Assembly (NCBI GenBank): GCA_973895155.1
Contig: OZ316894.1
Location: 17,514,563 to 17,578,562, forward strand
Direction: 5' to 3'
DNA: 64,000 nt
Source: Marsupella aquatica
Lineage: Eukaryota; Plantae; Marchantiophyta
Position 1 is the first letter of the stretch. The number at the start of each line of letters is the position of its first letter. The notes beneath the pieces were generated by a model. That model was not told the origin of the DNA and ran no database searches. It worked only from the letters and a program-made list of their open reading frames with translations. A program made the translations under genes and the position numbers. Positions 1-12,100 of this stretch are shown in pieces.

Positions 1-501
1 TGCAAATTGCAGTATAAATTTCAACACCACAATAGGAAGGGTCGGTATAGAGGACCTAAGTTGTGCTTATTTAAAATATGGTCAAGTTTATTGACGAAAT
101 ACTGCTTACCACAGCAAGATTTACAAGGGCTTGAGACTGGACTAGTGTAGCTTTCCAACTGTCATTCATACAAAACAATCTATCTGTGAACTTTCTCTTA
201 TATTGAGAGGTGAGGAGGAATCTGGAGTTCCTTTGCATACCTGGTCCCATGGAAGAAATTTGAATGTCCCCCATCCAAGGCCCCACCAGGCCAGGTGAAA
301 TAGGGGCCCTTGGTTATGAGCTATGACCTCATGATCAAAATTTGCAACATACAGATGACTAACATGAATTAGGACAAGTTGAGAATAGTTGATTAAATTG
401 TGCAATGTTTGGCAATTTATTGTGGGTATTGGCGTGTATGCCTGAGCTTTGCTCATGAATTGATGATGATTCCTCATAATAGATGGTGAATACCATGATG
501 A

Positions 502-837
502 GTCTTTCCATTTCCATCGCAACTATAGTTGTGCCCCTATAATCATAGTCTAAAGGTTTCCTAGCTTCAATCCCTTTATTAGATTGATTGTCACTCTTGA
601 TTTAGTTGAAACATAAGTGACAATGTGTACACAAGAGCCATTCTTTGAGCACCTTTGTCATTTTTTTGGAGTTAATTGGTCTTTCCAATTCCACCGCAAC
701 CATAGTTGTGCCCCCCATAATCCTAGTCTAAAGGATTTCCTAGCTTTGAAGGCCTTTATTAGATAGATTGTCACTCTTGATTTAGTTGAAATATAAGTGA
801 CAACTTGTACACAGTGAGCCATTCTTTGAGCATCTTT
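502..837. repeat. Direct duplication of about 155 bp, period about 180 bp
   Basis: gtctttcca...gattgtcactcttgatttagttgaaa...gagccattctttgagca occurs at about 502-656 and about 679-837 with scattered mismatches. Confidence 0.85.
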
Positions 838-2366
838 ACCCCCTACTGTCACTCCGTTGTTGATACCAAACATCAGAGCAAGGAAATTCATGGCAATCAA
901 TGCTGAAAACAGAAACAGACGAAAAACAAGCAAAATGCATCAAGAATACAGAAACACAATAAAAGGCTTTGACCAAATTGAGCTTTCAAAAAATTGTGCC
1001 TCAATTTCATTGGTCCTGCACCACGTTCAAATCGTCTTGTATGGCCCTCAGTCTTGATAGGTACTTGATTCAAAAATATAAAACGTGAGGGTTCTCCCCT
1101 CAAGTCAGTTCCACAGGATGAAGTTCAGGAAAAAAGTGCCTCAATCCCCCTGAAACAAACCTATTCCTGACTTTATTATTATCCAGAGCTTTTCAATTCA
1201 AATCTGAAATTTATTGTAGATTGATGAGTGATAGTGAATGTTCTAGTGTTTAGTTTGAGAGCCAATTACTTTTTTAAATAGGGACTTTAACAGGAAGGCA
1301 GGCCTCATATTTGCAGACTTCACAATTTGAGAAGTGAAATTGTTGTTGGATGGGACACAAATGCTTAATGAACCCCCACGTACAGATTTAAAGTCACCCC
1401 AAGACCCTAGTTTATTTAGTAAACTATAAAAAACAACACAAAACTTGGTATAGTATACGATGTGGCCAATCTTTACAGCGTAAGACCCCCAATTTTGAAA
1501 CTGAAGTGGATGAGGAGGTGGGTTAGCAAACACAACATTTATCCCTGTGTGCATTTGACCAAGCCATGAGCAGACCGTGAGAGTCTTTGACGGAACACAA
1601 ATTTTGAATTCTGTGAAGAAAGCTTACTCCACTTTTTCTAAGAAACAACTCAGTCTAATCTAGGACAAACAACAGCCTATGTGTAGCATTTTATGTCATA
1701 CAAATCAATTTAAATTAGCGCGTCTACAGAGATGTCTTGACTTGGATGTAATCCTATTTGCTGGCAGCCATCGATTTAAATTAGCTTGTCTAGGTGACTT
1801 GGTTTGCTTGTAATCCTTCTTGCTGTACAGTGCTTTTGTCGGTATTGCTGTACTTTTGTGACAGAATGAAAGCTAAAGCTCACTGGGGCTTGTCCCTTTA
1901 GTTTTCCAACAAAAAAAAACAAGTTCTGTTTATATGCATTAACTTAAAATACATTCATTATCACTCACATGGTCCTTTGGTGACTCATTATGCGCAGTCC
2001 AATCGGAGAGGGAAAATTCAATTTTGCAAGATTGATGTATGTGTATCAAGGTCATGGTTGAGTTCTGAGCAATCATAGTTTGACAGTGCTAGATTTCTAA
2101 TGCATCTGACATGCTCACATTGCACATGTCTTAGAGATGGTTGAACTTTTGATTACTTTATGAGGCCCTATTGTTGACAGTTTTTCATTCAAAATAATAT
2201 AGGAGCTACCTCCTTTAATTTATTTAAGAATTTGATCTTCAGAAGCCCTTAACATTTGAGTTTAACTTTCATTTTCCTCTTTTGATGATGGAGTCATTCA
2301 GAATGCTCTATTTATTAAAGCTCCAATGGGGACCAACCTTGGCACGCCGGACTCCTAACGATATGG

Positions 2367-2528
2367 GTTAGAGTTCAATTCTATGTCCAAGTACAGAATG
2401 TTCATTGCACTTACATTTTTTCACCTTGTACCTTTTAATTTCGAAGCCTAAGGATTGTGTTAGAGTTCAATTCTATGTCCAAGTACAGAATTTTCATTAT
2501 AAGTACGGTTTTTCACCTTGTACCTTTT
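2367..2528. repeat. Direct duplication of about 70 bp
   Basis: gttagagttcaattctatgtccaagtacagaat...tttcaccttgtacctttt at about 2368 and about 2459. Confidence 0.85.
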
Positions 2529-2975
2529 GATGTCAAATGAGTATACTTTTGTTACGTGATCTCTCTCTCCCAAAAGTACATGTACCTACTATGATTAACA
2601 TTAATTGTCATTCTCATTTCCAATTATATGAATTGATAGTTTATAAGAATCTGAAGTCTCCATGGATCACAAGGTTGGTCTTAGAAAACCCAACAGAGCA
2701 CATTTCCCAAAATTTGACTATAATTATAATAGCTTGATATTCAAAAAATTAAATATTTTTTAGGTTTGGGGACATGCTAAATGAGTAGGTAAGCTACACA
2801 TCCATCAAAGTGACAGGGAAGCTTCGCCAATTTGGTTCAGTTTTTATTATAGAATGGAGAGGGGTATGTTCCACTACATTATTTTTCATTGTGTTAATTT
2901 GAAATATTTAGGCTTGTGTTTTTTTAAGTCTTTTCTCTAGTTGCCTTGCAGGTGCAAAACTAAGAATTATTGTAA

Positions 2976-3181
2976 GACTCATTTGTCATTGCACACCAGG
3001 GAGATGGCACATTTGAGACTCACTTTGAGAGAGATCATGGCCTCGGGCAAGATGCCCTTTGCACACTCCACTGGCTTGCAAGGCGAGAATGTCTAGCCTA
3101 CTGGACTCATTTGTCATTGCACACCAGGGAGATCGCACGCTCCACTGGCTTGCAAGGCGAGAATGTCTAGCCTACTGGACT
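2976..3181. repeat. Local patchwork duplication
   Basis: gactcatttgtcattgcacaccagggagat at about 2976 and about 3105; ctccactggcttgcaaggcgagaatgtctagcctactggact at about 3066 and about 3140. Confidence 0.8.
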
Positions 3182-3479
3182 TGCAAATGAATTGACGCAT
3201 GAAAGTAGTGCTTTCAAAGCTATGTGTATCAATAATCATGCATTAGTTCCTTTGGGGACATTGGATAAAAAATAAATCATGCATTAGACTTCATTTGGGA
3301 GAGCCAGGTGATTTAGCCTAAGCGGGGGAGAGTACACACATTGTGTAGACCAGAGAGTTGGTAACAAAGAAAGAAGAGTATTCAAATACCATGCACAGGG
3401 CATATATCTTTACGTCAAATTTCAGCTGCCCAGATATTCCAGGCACATGGCTCATGAGGGAGAGGTCTTGTGGTCAAAT

Positions 3480-3990
3480 ATCACTTAGTTAGTTTGCTCC
3501 CTGCCATCCCAACTCTTGAGAGAGTGTGGTGTGCAAATGTCTGGTTGTGGTGGCATGTCCAGATACAATGTGATCTCGCCCTGTGAGATGCCCTGTAATG
3601 GAAGGCATTCAAGTCAAGCTCCACCTGGCTATGTTCTCTGTCCCCCTTGAAATGCCCTGCAGGCATATGGACATATTGGCCATCTGGTGCCCTGGCTCTG
3701 CTCGGGAATGAGCAATATACACCCTGACTGAGCTACTGAACTGTGTTGTAGGGACAAGTAAGGCTTGAATGTAAAAAGCCTAAGAGCAGTAGAGCACTAG
3801 CTGTATTGTGGGAACCATCAGGTTTGTGCATGTCCTGCATGAAAAACATAATATTTTTATCTTTCATATTATAGTGCAACGAGCCCTATGCCTGTGCAAC
3901 AAAGACTGTGCACATGTCCATAGGGAGTCAGGCCAGGGCATTTATGGGGTAGCGGGAAACATATATGTACAGGGGTGCACATTTTTTCCA
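3480..3990 (-). mobile_element. Highly degenerate Ty3/gypsy RNase H relic
   Basis: Stitching across minus-strand frames gives PWPD...CCTGIGLVAL (compare P-D...DAS-GIGAVL) and NIARWSL...LNAFHYRASHR...GRDHIV (compare IARWSL-L--FDY-I-HR-G--H-V). The region is TG/CA-rich, as expected after methylation decay. Confidence 0.4.
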
Positions 3991-5059
3991 TCAATGATCA
4001 AGGAAAACAGCTAATAGAATCCAACCACTGTGGATGTTTCCCGCCTAGGAGCTTTTTTGTATTGGGATTAAGGACGAAAAATGTTGGGATCTCTTGTTTT
4101 AGTTGTAGATTGCCATAAAAATATCAGTATGTTTAATTATTTTTCACTTGGAAATTGATAGATCACGGTTTCACATGAATTTTCTTAGAATATTCTTGAA
4201 ATATGCATTGTAATTGTTTTCCAGAGTTTCACAAACTATTGACGTATCGGTCATGAGGTTTTCAGTGCACCTATATCAAACAAATTAAAAAAAACACAAT
4301 CCGTTAGCTTTTTTAACCAGAGATGACTGATGCCTCTGTTTTTAATTAAGGTTGAAAGGAAACAATGGAATTTAAAAAGTGCTTCAATGAAACTTTTCGA
4401 GAATGTTGTTTCCAACGAAATCATATTCAAAACTGGTTTTGAAACCTTTGCACTTTACCGGGCTTTTCAGTTTATTGTGGAGTACTAATTGTTCAGTAGG
4501 GTTTTTAGTTCTTGTGTCCTTGACATGTTGAGGCTCTCTGACTTTTTGGTCTTTCTGGGTTTCCCCTCATCATTGTTTCTCCTAGCTTTGGGATTCCGTT
4601 TCCAGCTTTGACAATTGTTATTCTTGTTTTTTGTTTGAGGCTCGACAATTTGGTTCTTGGGTTTTTTCCAACCTTTTTCCAAAACAAGTTACTAAACTAA
4701 ACATGCAAGTCTAAGTAATATTCAACTCCTATCTCAGAAAATTGCCATAATTGTTTATTTACTGGGCGAATCTGCGCGTCCCACGGGTCAGGTACACAAT
4801 GAGTCCGGCTCTGACACATCTGTACTGACCACCGACGGTGCGCCCAAACGCAGTCATCTTTGGCCATAGGGCGACGGTAGAGCAGAGGGAGGGAGAGCAA
4901 CGGCAGAGACAAGAACGACGTGACAGCGTGACACCCAACGAGTCGAATTACACACAAGAACTGAAGTGACAGTGTGACACCCAACGGGTGAACAGGGGGG
5001 ACGAAGTGAAGCGGTACAGAACTACTACTACTTATGCTGCTGCTTCTTCTCCTGCTCAC

Positions 5060-5122
5060 TCCTTTCTTCGAGGCCCCAGGGGACTGGAGTGACGCCTGGG
5101 CCTGGAATTCTGCTTCGTCCAT
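5060..5122 (-). CDS. Possible first coding exon of a gene divergent from PGAP1 (MDEAEFQAQASLQSPGASKKG)
   Basis: ATG at 5122 on the minus strand follows a CT-rich, UTR-like leader (about 5130-5450) and is followed by a candidate donor GGA|GTGAGC. No downstream exons were identified. Confidence 0.3.
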
Positions 5123-6163
5123 CTTCGTGACAGCTGAGTGAGGAATTCGATCAAGCCACTAGTGAAGAATCAGACGCTTTTGAGCGGGCTGACCGCCTCG
5201 CTGGAAGGAGGAAAGTAGGAAGGCAAGTAGGCAGAGCCGGCCTTCTCGTCGAGAGATGGCGGTGGTCGAGTAGGGTAGGCCAACGAGAAGCGACGAGCGG
5301 ATGGAGGCTGAGGGCTGAGAGAAACGGGGAGGGGGAGCGAGCGAGCGAGCTAGCTCGATCTTGGAAGGTTGCAGCTTGTCCGTAGCAGGGAATCAATCGA
5401 TGGAGGCCGGAGCTTTTCTTGCAGATCTAGGAGCGGAGAGCGCGGGAGATTTTGAATGGATTTTACACGGAAACGGAGTGTCGTCGGTTCAGTCAGTGGT
5501 CACCGGTTAGCTGGGTGGCTGATCAGAGGGGAAAGATTTCAGGTGGAAGGGAACAGACTTAGGTCTTCCAAGACGTTCTGATGAGCTCGAGCTCGAGCTC
5601 GGAGAGCTAGTGAGCAGGTAATTGGACTGTTGATCGGGCCGCGTCGGATCCCCTCGGGCTGTAACACCGGTGATGTTCGATGCCAGGCATGCACAGGCTG
5701 TGCAAGGATTTTTTACTCCGAGAAGTGGGAGCAGCCTGCGGCAATTAAACACAGGTTCAGTGGCACTGTAGCGGTGTTGCAAGGTCGGTGTGGGACTTTA
5801 TCGTGGCTGTGCGTCAGAGGTCGCCGACTCCCATTCTGCTATTTGTCATTGCTTTTGGCAAGAACAAGTAAGGCTTTTGGCAGCTGATGCTCTAGTGCTA
5901 CCTTTCAGCGCTGCGTCTTTTTACCTCAGCTCAACCGATGATCTCGCTCTTACGAGACCGAAATACACACGACGAGGCTTCCACACCATTTTTACGCATG
6001 ACTCAAGTTGGAAATTAATCTATAGTCTCCGCAAGCTGAAGGGTATTCGCAATCTTGATGAATTCTTTAGATATAGATGAACCAGTTTGAAGGTTGAAGG
6101 CGACACAGATTAGTTCGGGAAGTAATACCAGGAAGATCAGAGCGGTATTGGATAGAAAGAAAA

Positions 6164-9100
6164 ATGGGAGGAATGACTAGAGGTTTCGGATGCTGGGCAT
6201 TCATAGCTATAATTCTTGGAGGATGGATCTTGAAATCTGGGATCACGTGGTTAGTCACACCAGTCCCAAACGGATGCATAATGACTTACATGTATCCTAC
6301 CTACATTCCAATCAGCGCTCCGCCCAATATTACCTCGAGTAGGTATGGTCTTTTCAAGTATCACGAAGGATGGAAGAAAATTGACAATGAACTACATCTG
6401 CTGAAGCTATCTGGAGTTCCAGTGCTTTTTATTCCTGGGAACGGTGGCAGCTATAAGCAGGTACGATCTTTCTTCTCTCTTTGCGCATTGAGATAATTCC
6501 AGCAATAAATTAATGGGAGGCGTTAAGGGTGGGATTTGTCTTACTGTTCTTGCATTTTTAGCCTCCTTGCTGTGTGGAGGGAATTTGTAGCAGTATTGTC
6601 AACCTTACGAACCTTCCAGGCGCGCGATGTCAGAATTCGGGTCTTTGTCTTTGAAATTGTTCCCTGGTGAAGGTACCTTGGCTTTCAGAGTTGGGTAACC
6701 CCACTATTTGAACTGTTCGTGAAGGGCCCCTTGTCTGAGAGAAGGGGCAGAGCGCGCAAGGCCAATTATTGTGAAGCATCATCATTCGATGGGATCCGAC
6801 AACAATTGCGCTCTATTTCGAACCGCGTTCAAAATCTTTAAATTCCTTCATGCAGTGACGCCCTTGTAGAACTTCTTATTGAGCCCAAAGACTTTCTCTG
6901 ACGCTAAGAAAAACGTTTGTTACGAATAGAAATGAAAGTAAATTTAGGCGACTGTGTTACCTCATCTTGGAAATACATTTTCAGACCTCAAGCTTACCCA
7001 AACCGTCTTCTGTAAGCTATAGGGAGGAATGTGGCTGGAACGTTCTGCTGAGATTTGCTCGATCCGTAGCATTCCTAGGTTATTTTTTCTGGTTACGCCG
7101 TTGGGGTTCTCACTCTTACATTTCACACAGGTTATTTATTGTGCGGGATAATTAGGTCATTTAATTTCGGTCAAATACGCTTCTTAAGATCGGGTGGTCT
7201 CTGCTGACCAGCTGTTTTCTGTCTGCTTGAAACATCTAGACAGTGAATTTTACGAGAGAACTCATTTGTAAGCAAGTTGTGATGTTTCCTCACCGCGAAT
7301 GTTCTCTTTCACAGGTGCGGTCGATAGCCGCGGAGTCTGATAGAGCATACAATGGGGGTCCACTTGACGAGAGCTTTTTCCAGGAAGCTGGCTTCACAAC
7401 ACTGGAAGCTGGCTCTAACAGTGGTCAGACGTTAGGAGGCCTTCGTAAAGAGCTTCTCTACACTGCGCAAGAACAATATGCCAATAAGTTAGATTGGTTC
7501 ACTGTTGACTTGGAAGAGGAGCATTCTGCTATGGATGGACGGATTTTGGAGGAACACACTGAATATGTTGTCCACGCCATCAACAGGGTAAGTTATTTAC
7601 ACGACTTCTGTTTTGCACGAGATGTATGTATGGCGGGCGCGTCATTTCTTACTTGCATGTGGGACAATTGCTGTCTTTCGTACGTATAAATAAACGTTGT
7701 TTACGAACTTACGTTACGGAGAAATTTGTGAGTAGATGTGGTATTGTTGGTGTTCCGTTTGCATGAATTGGAGAAACCTCCATGTTTTGGAAAATTGGGC
7801 ACGAGTGCTGCAATCTTTCTAGTGACTATCCAGAAGAGATGGAGTCTACAGACAACTTTTTTGTGTTGAATTTTTCACCCTACGGGATTGATAGAACTTA
7901 GCCAGAAACATGCCTCGTTAAAGATCCCAAAGCTGAATGCACTTCTTCTGTCTTGTGTGGGGACTAGTTGAGATCTGCACAAGCGCTATGAGTACGAGAG
8001 CTGGGTCTTTATATGTATATGAAACCTGCGTTTATAAGGTTAGGAGTGACCATGTGAAACTTACGGTATAAGATCACCGCGGACTCGCTGTTTGTTAAGA
8101 ACGGCATTCTGGCGACCACAAGAAAGATCATTCTTGTGGATTTTTTCACAACAATTGTTATGAGCCAACTAAGATGGAAGAACTACATATGAGCACTTTA
8201 TCCTTTACGCAGAGCTGCGCTCCTAAGTGACAATTTTAGTGAGGGAAATTTATCTGATTATTGTTAACTGTTGAACGAATCTCCAGGTCTATCACAAAGT
8301 CTAATTTGGAATTTTGAATAACATACAGCATGATGCAAGGAATGCCAGGAAGTTTCGAACCTGAATTGTAAAAGGTTTGAGATTTTGTGAATTCCAAGAC
8401 TGGGATATATCTTGAATACTGGGAAGCCCGTATTTTTCTGAAACTTTGTCCGGCCCTAAGTTCTGGGTTGCTTCTATGTAAATCATCGGTTGTCAATATT
8501 TCTCCGAAGGTCGCAGAATTTTTCAATATGAAAAGCTGTCTCGTGTTCTTACCAATTTCAAAAAAACTGCAGATTCTTGATAGGTACAAGGAGTCCTTGG
8601 AAGCTAGGTCACTGCAGACGCAGGAGGTAGGAGATTTCTTGCCTACAAGTGTGATTCTGGTGGGCCATTCTATGGGAGGGTTTATTGCGAGAGCTGCTGT
8701 TGTTCACCCTCTACTTAGGAAGGGTGCCGTTGAGACCATCCTTACCCTTTCAAGCCCTCATTTGTAAGTCTATCTGCGGATATAATTCTCTTCATCCTGA
8801 AACAGCACTATAGATTAGACATCTCAGAGAAGTCTAGGTTGTTTCAGTGCTTGTTGGCTTAATTAATTCCTTCAGGACCTGTTAGGCTCATTCTTTGCTT
8901 TCCATTTTGTGATTTTCAGTCACAGGGCAGCATACTGCATGGCTTTGTGAGTTCTGCTGATAAACATCAAGTTCGTAACTTTCATTGTCACTTTGTAATC
9001 CGACAGGTTAGCACCTCTACCATTACAGCCCTCATTGGGCCATTATTATACACGAGTGAATGATGCTTGGAGAAAAGGTTACGAGATCCCTCGCACAAGA

Positions 9101-12100
9101 ACTGGGCACTTGAAGCATAACGTCGAACCAGCTCTTAATCGAGTGGTGGTGGTTTCCATTTTTGGCGGCACTCAAGATTATCAGGTACCTTTTTGCCCGA
9201 GGACGTCTGTGGTTTGTCTTCTTCTTTGGATTTTACGATTTCCTAACTAGTTGCCTACTTAAAGTCTTAAGATTTGACCGCATCATTTACTCAGCGCAAG
9301 GGTGTTGAAGGCAGTCCTAGAGGAAATCATGTTGTATATACAGTTTTTCTAGTATAATAACTGCTGATTATAAGTGACAGTCAGCCAAAATGGGGCAGGT
9401 TTTACCGCTGTAAGTGATTGCGAGATATGTGCTTCCAACAAAAGAGATTGTGTTGGTTGCGTAGTTCCTTCATCTGATTTGCTTTTGCCGCATAGCACTC
9501 CTTAAGTGGGACGTGGGTCAGACGTATGTCTTCTACATTCATCAAATCAAGTTCGATTGTGTTCTGTTGCGGATAAATCAGACAGATGGCAATCTCTTCA
9601 AACGTTCTGATCGTTTTTGCGAGGACTCGTTCAAGAGGTTGTTTGGGTGATTATCGACTAAAATGAAACGGATTACAAACTATGTAACTACTCCTGGGAT
9701 TTGATATCACTGCTACTTTGTACAGGTCAGGTCGAGGTTTGCTTCCCTGGATGACATTATACCTCCAACTCATGGACTCACTGTCGGAGCTCCTGGCATG
9801 CTTAACGTGTGGCTTTCCATGGAGCATCAAAGCATCCTCTGGTGCAACCAGCTAGTAGTGCAGGTATTTCAAACCTAAATTCTTTTGCCTCCCGGTTGTC
9901 AGACTTCTCTCCCATACAGCTTGGTAATATAACTGAGAACGTGGGAGAGGCTAATATTCACATATTCTCGTTTACAGGTATCACACACCCTTCTGCAGCT
10001 AATCGACAAGAAAACTGGGCAACCTTTTGAAAAGCCGCAGATGCGGCTGGCAGTTTTTGTAACCAAGCTAAGAAGTTCTCTGCCTCAAGTCTTTGGCTGG
10101 CTGCCGAGTACAAGCTCGCAGGGAGCCGCACGGGCCCTTCCGGAGAAAATTAAGGACTCAGGAGAATGTAGCATCACATCCCGTTTACCTTCTATTTTTG
10201 GTGGTGTGTGGAAACGGTTTTTCGTTGTTGAATCTGTTCGGAAATAATTAACGGTGGAACTATGCTTTTTCTCTTCTTGCAGTCTTATACTTAACCCATG
10301 TTTGTGCAGATGGGTCTAAAACAGAAGAGGAAAAGAGGAAATTAGCTCTCGATGATATCGAGGTGCTTAAAGAGGAAAGTGCGGTTGATGTTGCTGACGA
10401 AGGAGACGAAAGCAGTATATATGCTTGTCCCAAGTCTACACACTGGATTGGGGAAAGCAAGGAAAAAGATCTGTATATTGATAGCCCAACCATGACAGTC
10501 CTTGCTATGGATGGAAAACGGCGCTGGCTAGACATTAAAAGGATGGTAAGCACAAAATGGTTTTCTAAGTCCAGGACTACTATGGCAGAAATGTTTCTCT
10601 AATGAAAGACTTGTCACTTCAAATTCAGACATCTGATGCCAGTTTTTGGTCGCTTTTCTAGGTTTCGAATGGGAAGAGCTGGTTTACACTCGTCACAAAT
10701 TTGGCCCCGTGCACTGGAGTAACGGTGCATTTATGGCCAGAAATGGGTGGGCAGGGTGACCACAGGCTCACTGAAGTGACCATGAAGATGGTTGAACTTC
10801 CAGCTGGCCCTGCCAAAGAACAGGTAGAGAAATGGTCGAGATGCAGTATTCTGCAAATAATCAGCCAAAGTGAACCGGCTTCTTCTTTTGTTCCTGTTAT
10901 GTTGCCATCATTACTTGAGGGTGTGTTGTCTCTAGTCTATCAAGGTCTGAAATCTATTTAAAGCTCTTGCTATTCGAAACTCTCAGAGAGGTTGGGAAGG
11001 TCGCTCATGGCATTTTGGTCATGAGCTACATTTCCAATCGAAATTTCCCCCCCATCGTTTCAGGCTTCTGCATTTGGTTATACTTACCTCTGTTCTGGAA
11101 GTTGTAATGCAGATAGAGCCAGGAGGACAGTCAGAACAGCCCCCACCTTCAGGAGTGCTTCATTTAAGTCCTCACGATCTGCAGGGATATCGATTCTTGA
11201 CTGTATCTGTCGCACCTCGTCCGGTAGGTCTTATCTGCTGACAGGCGCATGATGTTTGCAAGCCATAAACACAAAAATAAGCATTTGCCTGCTGACATAC
11301 ATTTCTCAGTGCTGCTTCTGGCACTTTTTTTTCTAGTTTGTGAAGCGTTTTGCGACCTTTGTCTCTAGTTTCTCAAACGTAGCCTCACCTCTGGAAATAG
11401 ATAAGTCGAGCTACCAGTACTTCGTTGCCTGTGCTCGGAATGACCCCGAGACTTTGGTTTTGCAGAGCATTTCAGGACGACCACCTCCAGCAGCCTCGAT
11501 GGCCGTAGGTCAATTCTACAAGTCTAAAGATGGAAAAAATGTTTTCTCTCCCTGGTGGTTCGTGTCTTCTATCTTGAAGAAGAAGGTCAACCTCCTTGCT
11601 GCTCCTGTCTGAATTTCCAGTATTTAGTACTTTTCTCGTGGAGTACTGTTACTCTTGCTCCAAGTAGATGCAGATTGGACCCGCACTGTATGAAGGGTGT
11701 TGGATCTTGATGGCATGCCTTCGTGTTATCCCGTGCTTCCATATCACGTAGAAATTTACGAGCTCTAAAAAAGCCAGGCACATCTGTTGGGCTCTTCCCA
11801 GGTTGAAGGGCGTTTTTGTAATGAAATACAATGTCTTTTGAGCACCATGCAGGGATTATTATTAAAGGAAAACCATCCCTTGGTTGCTGATATTACAATG
11901 GCCGTCAGTCTCGGAACGTTGCCCATGGTCCTGGAGATCAATGCAACAAGTTGCGGGTCCACAGACTCGGTTTTAGCAAAACAAAAGCCAAGTGGAGCTG
12001 AACTTGACCGTGAGTTTTATCTGTGAGACGTCTGTTTCGAAGCACTGCTATTTAGAAATGCCGTTACAGTGAGCTTGATTTTGTTTTCTGAACTAAAATA

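Noticed and set aside
166-522. LINE-like LPWDQVCK motif
   Set aside because: A single short motif without RT or endonuclease context.
5578-5610. Hammerhead ribozyme core CTGATGAG (also at about 23500, 23540 and 33870)
   Set aside because: No GAAA placed directly after a closing stem II, and no stems I or III.
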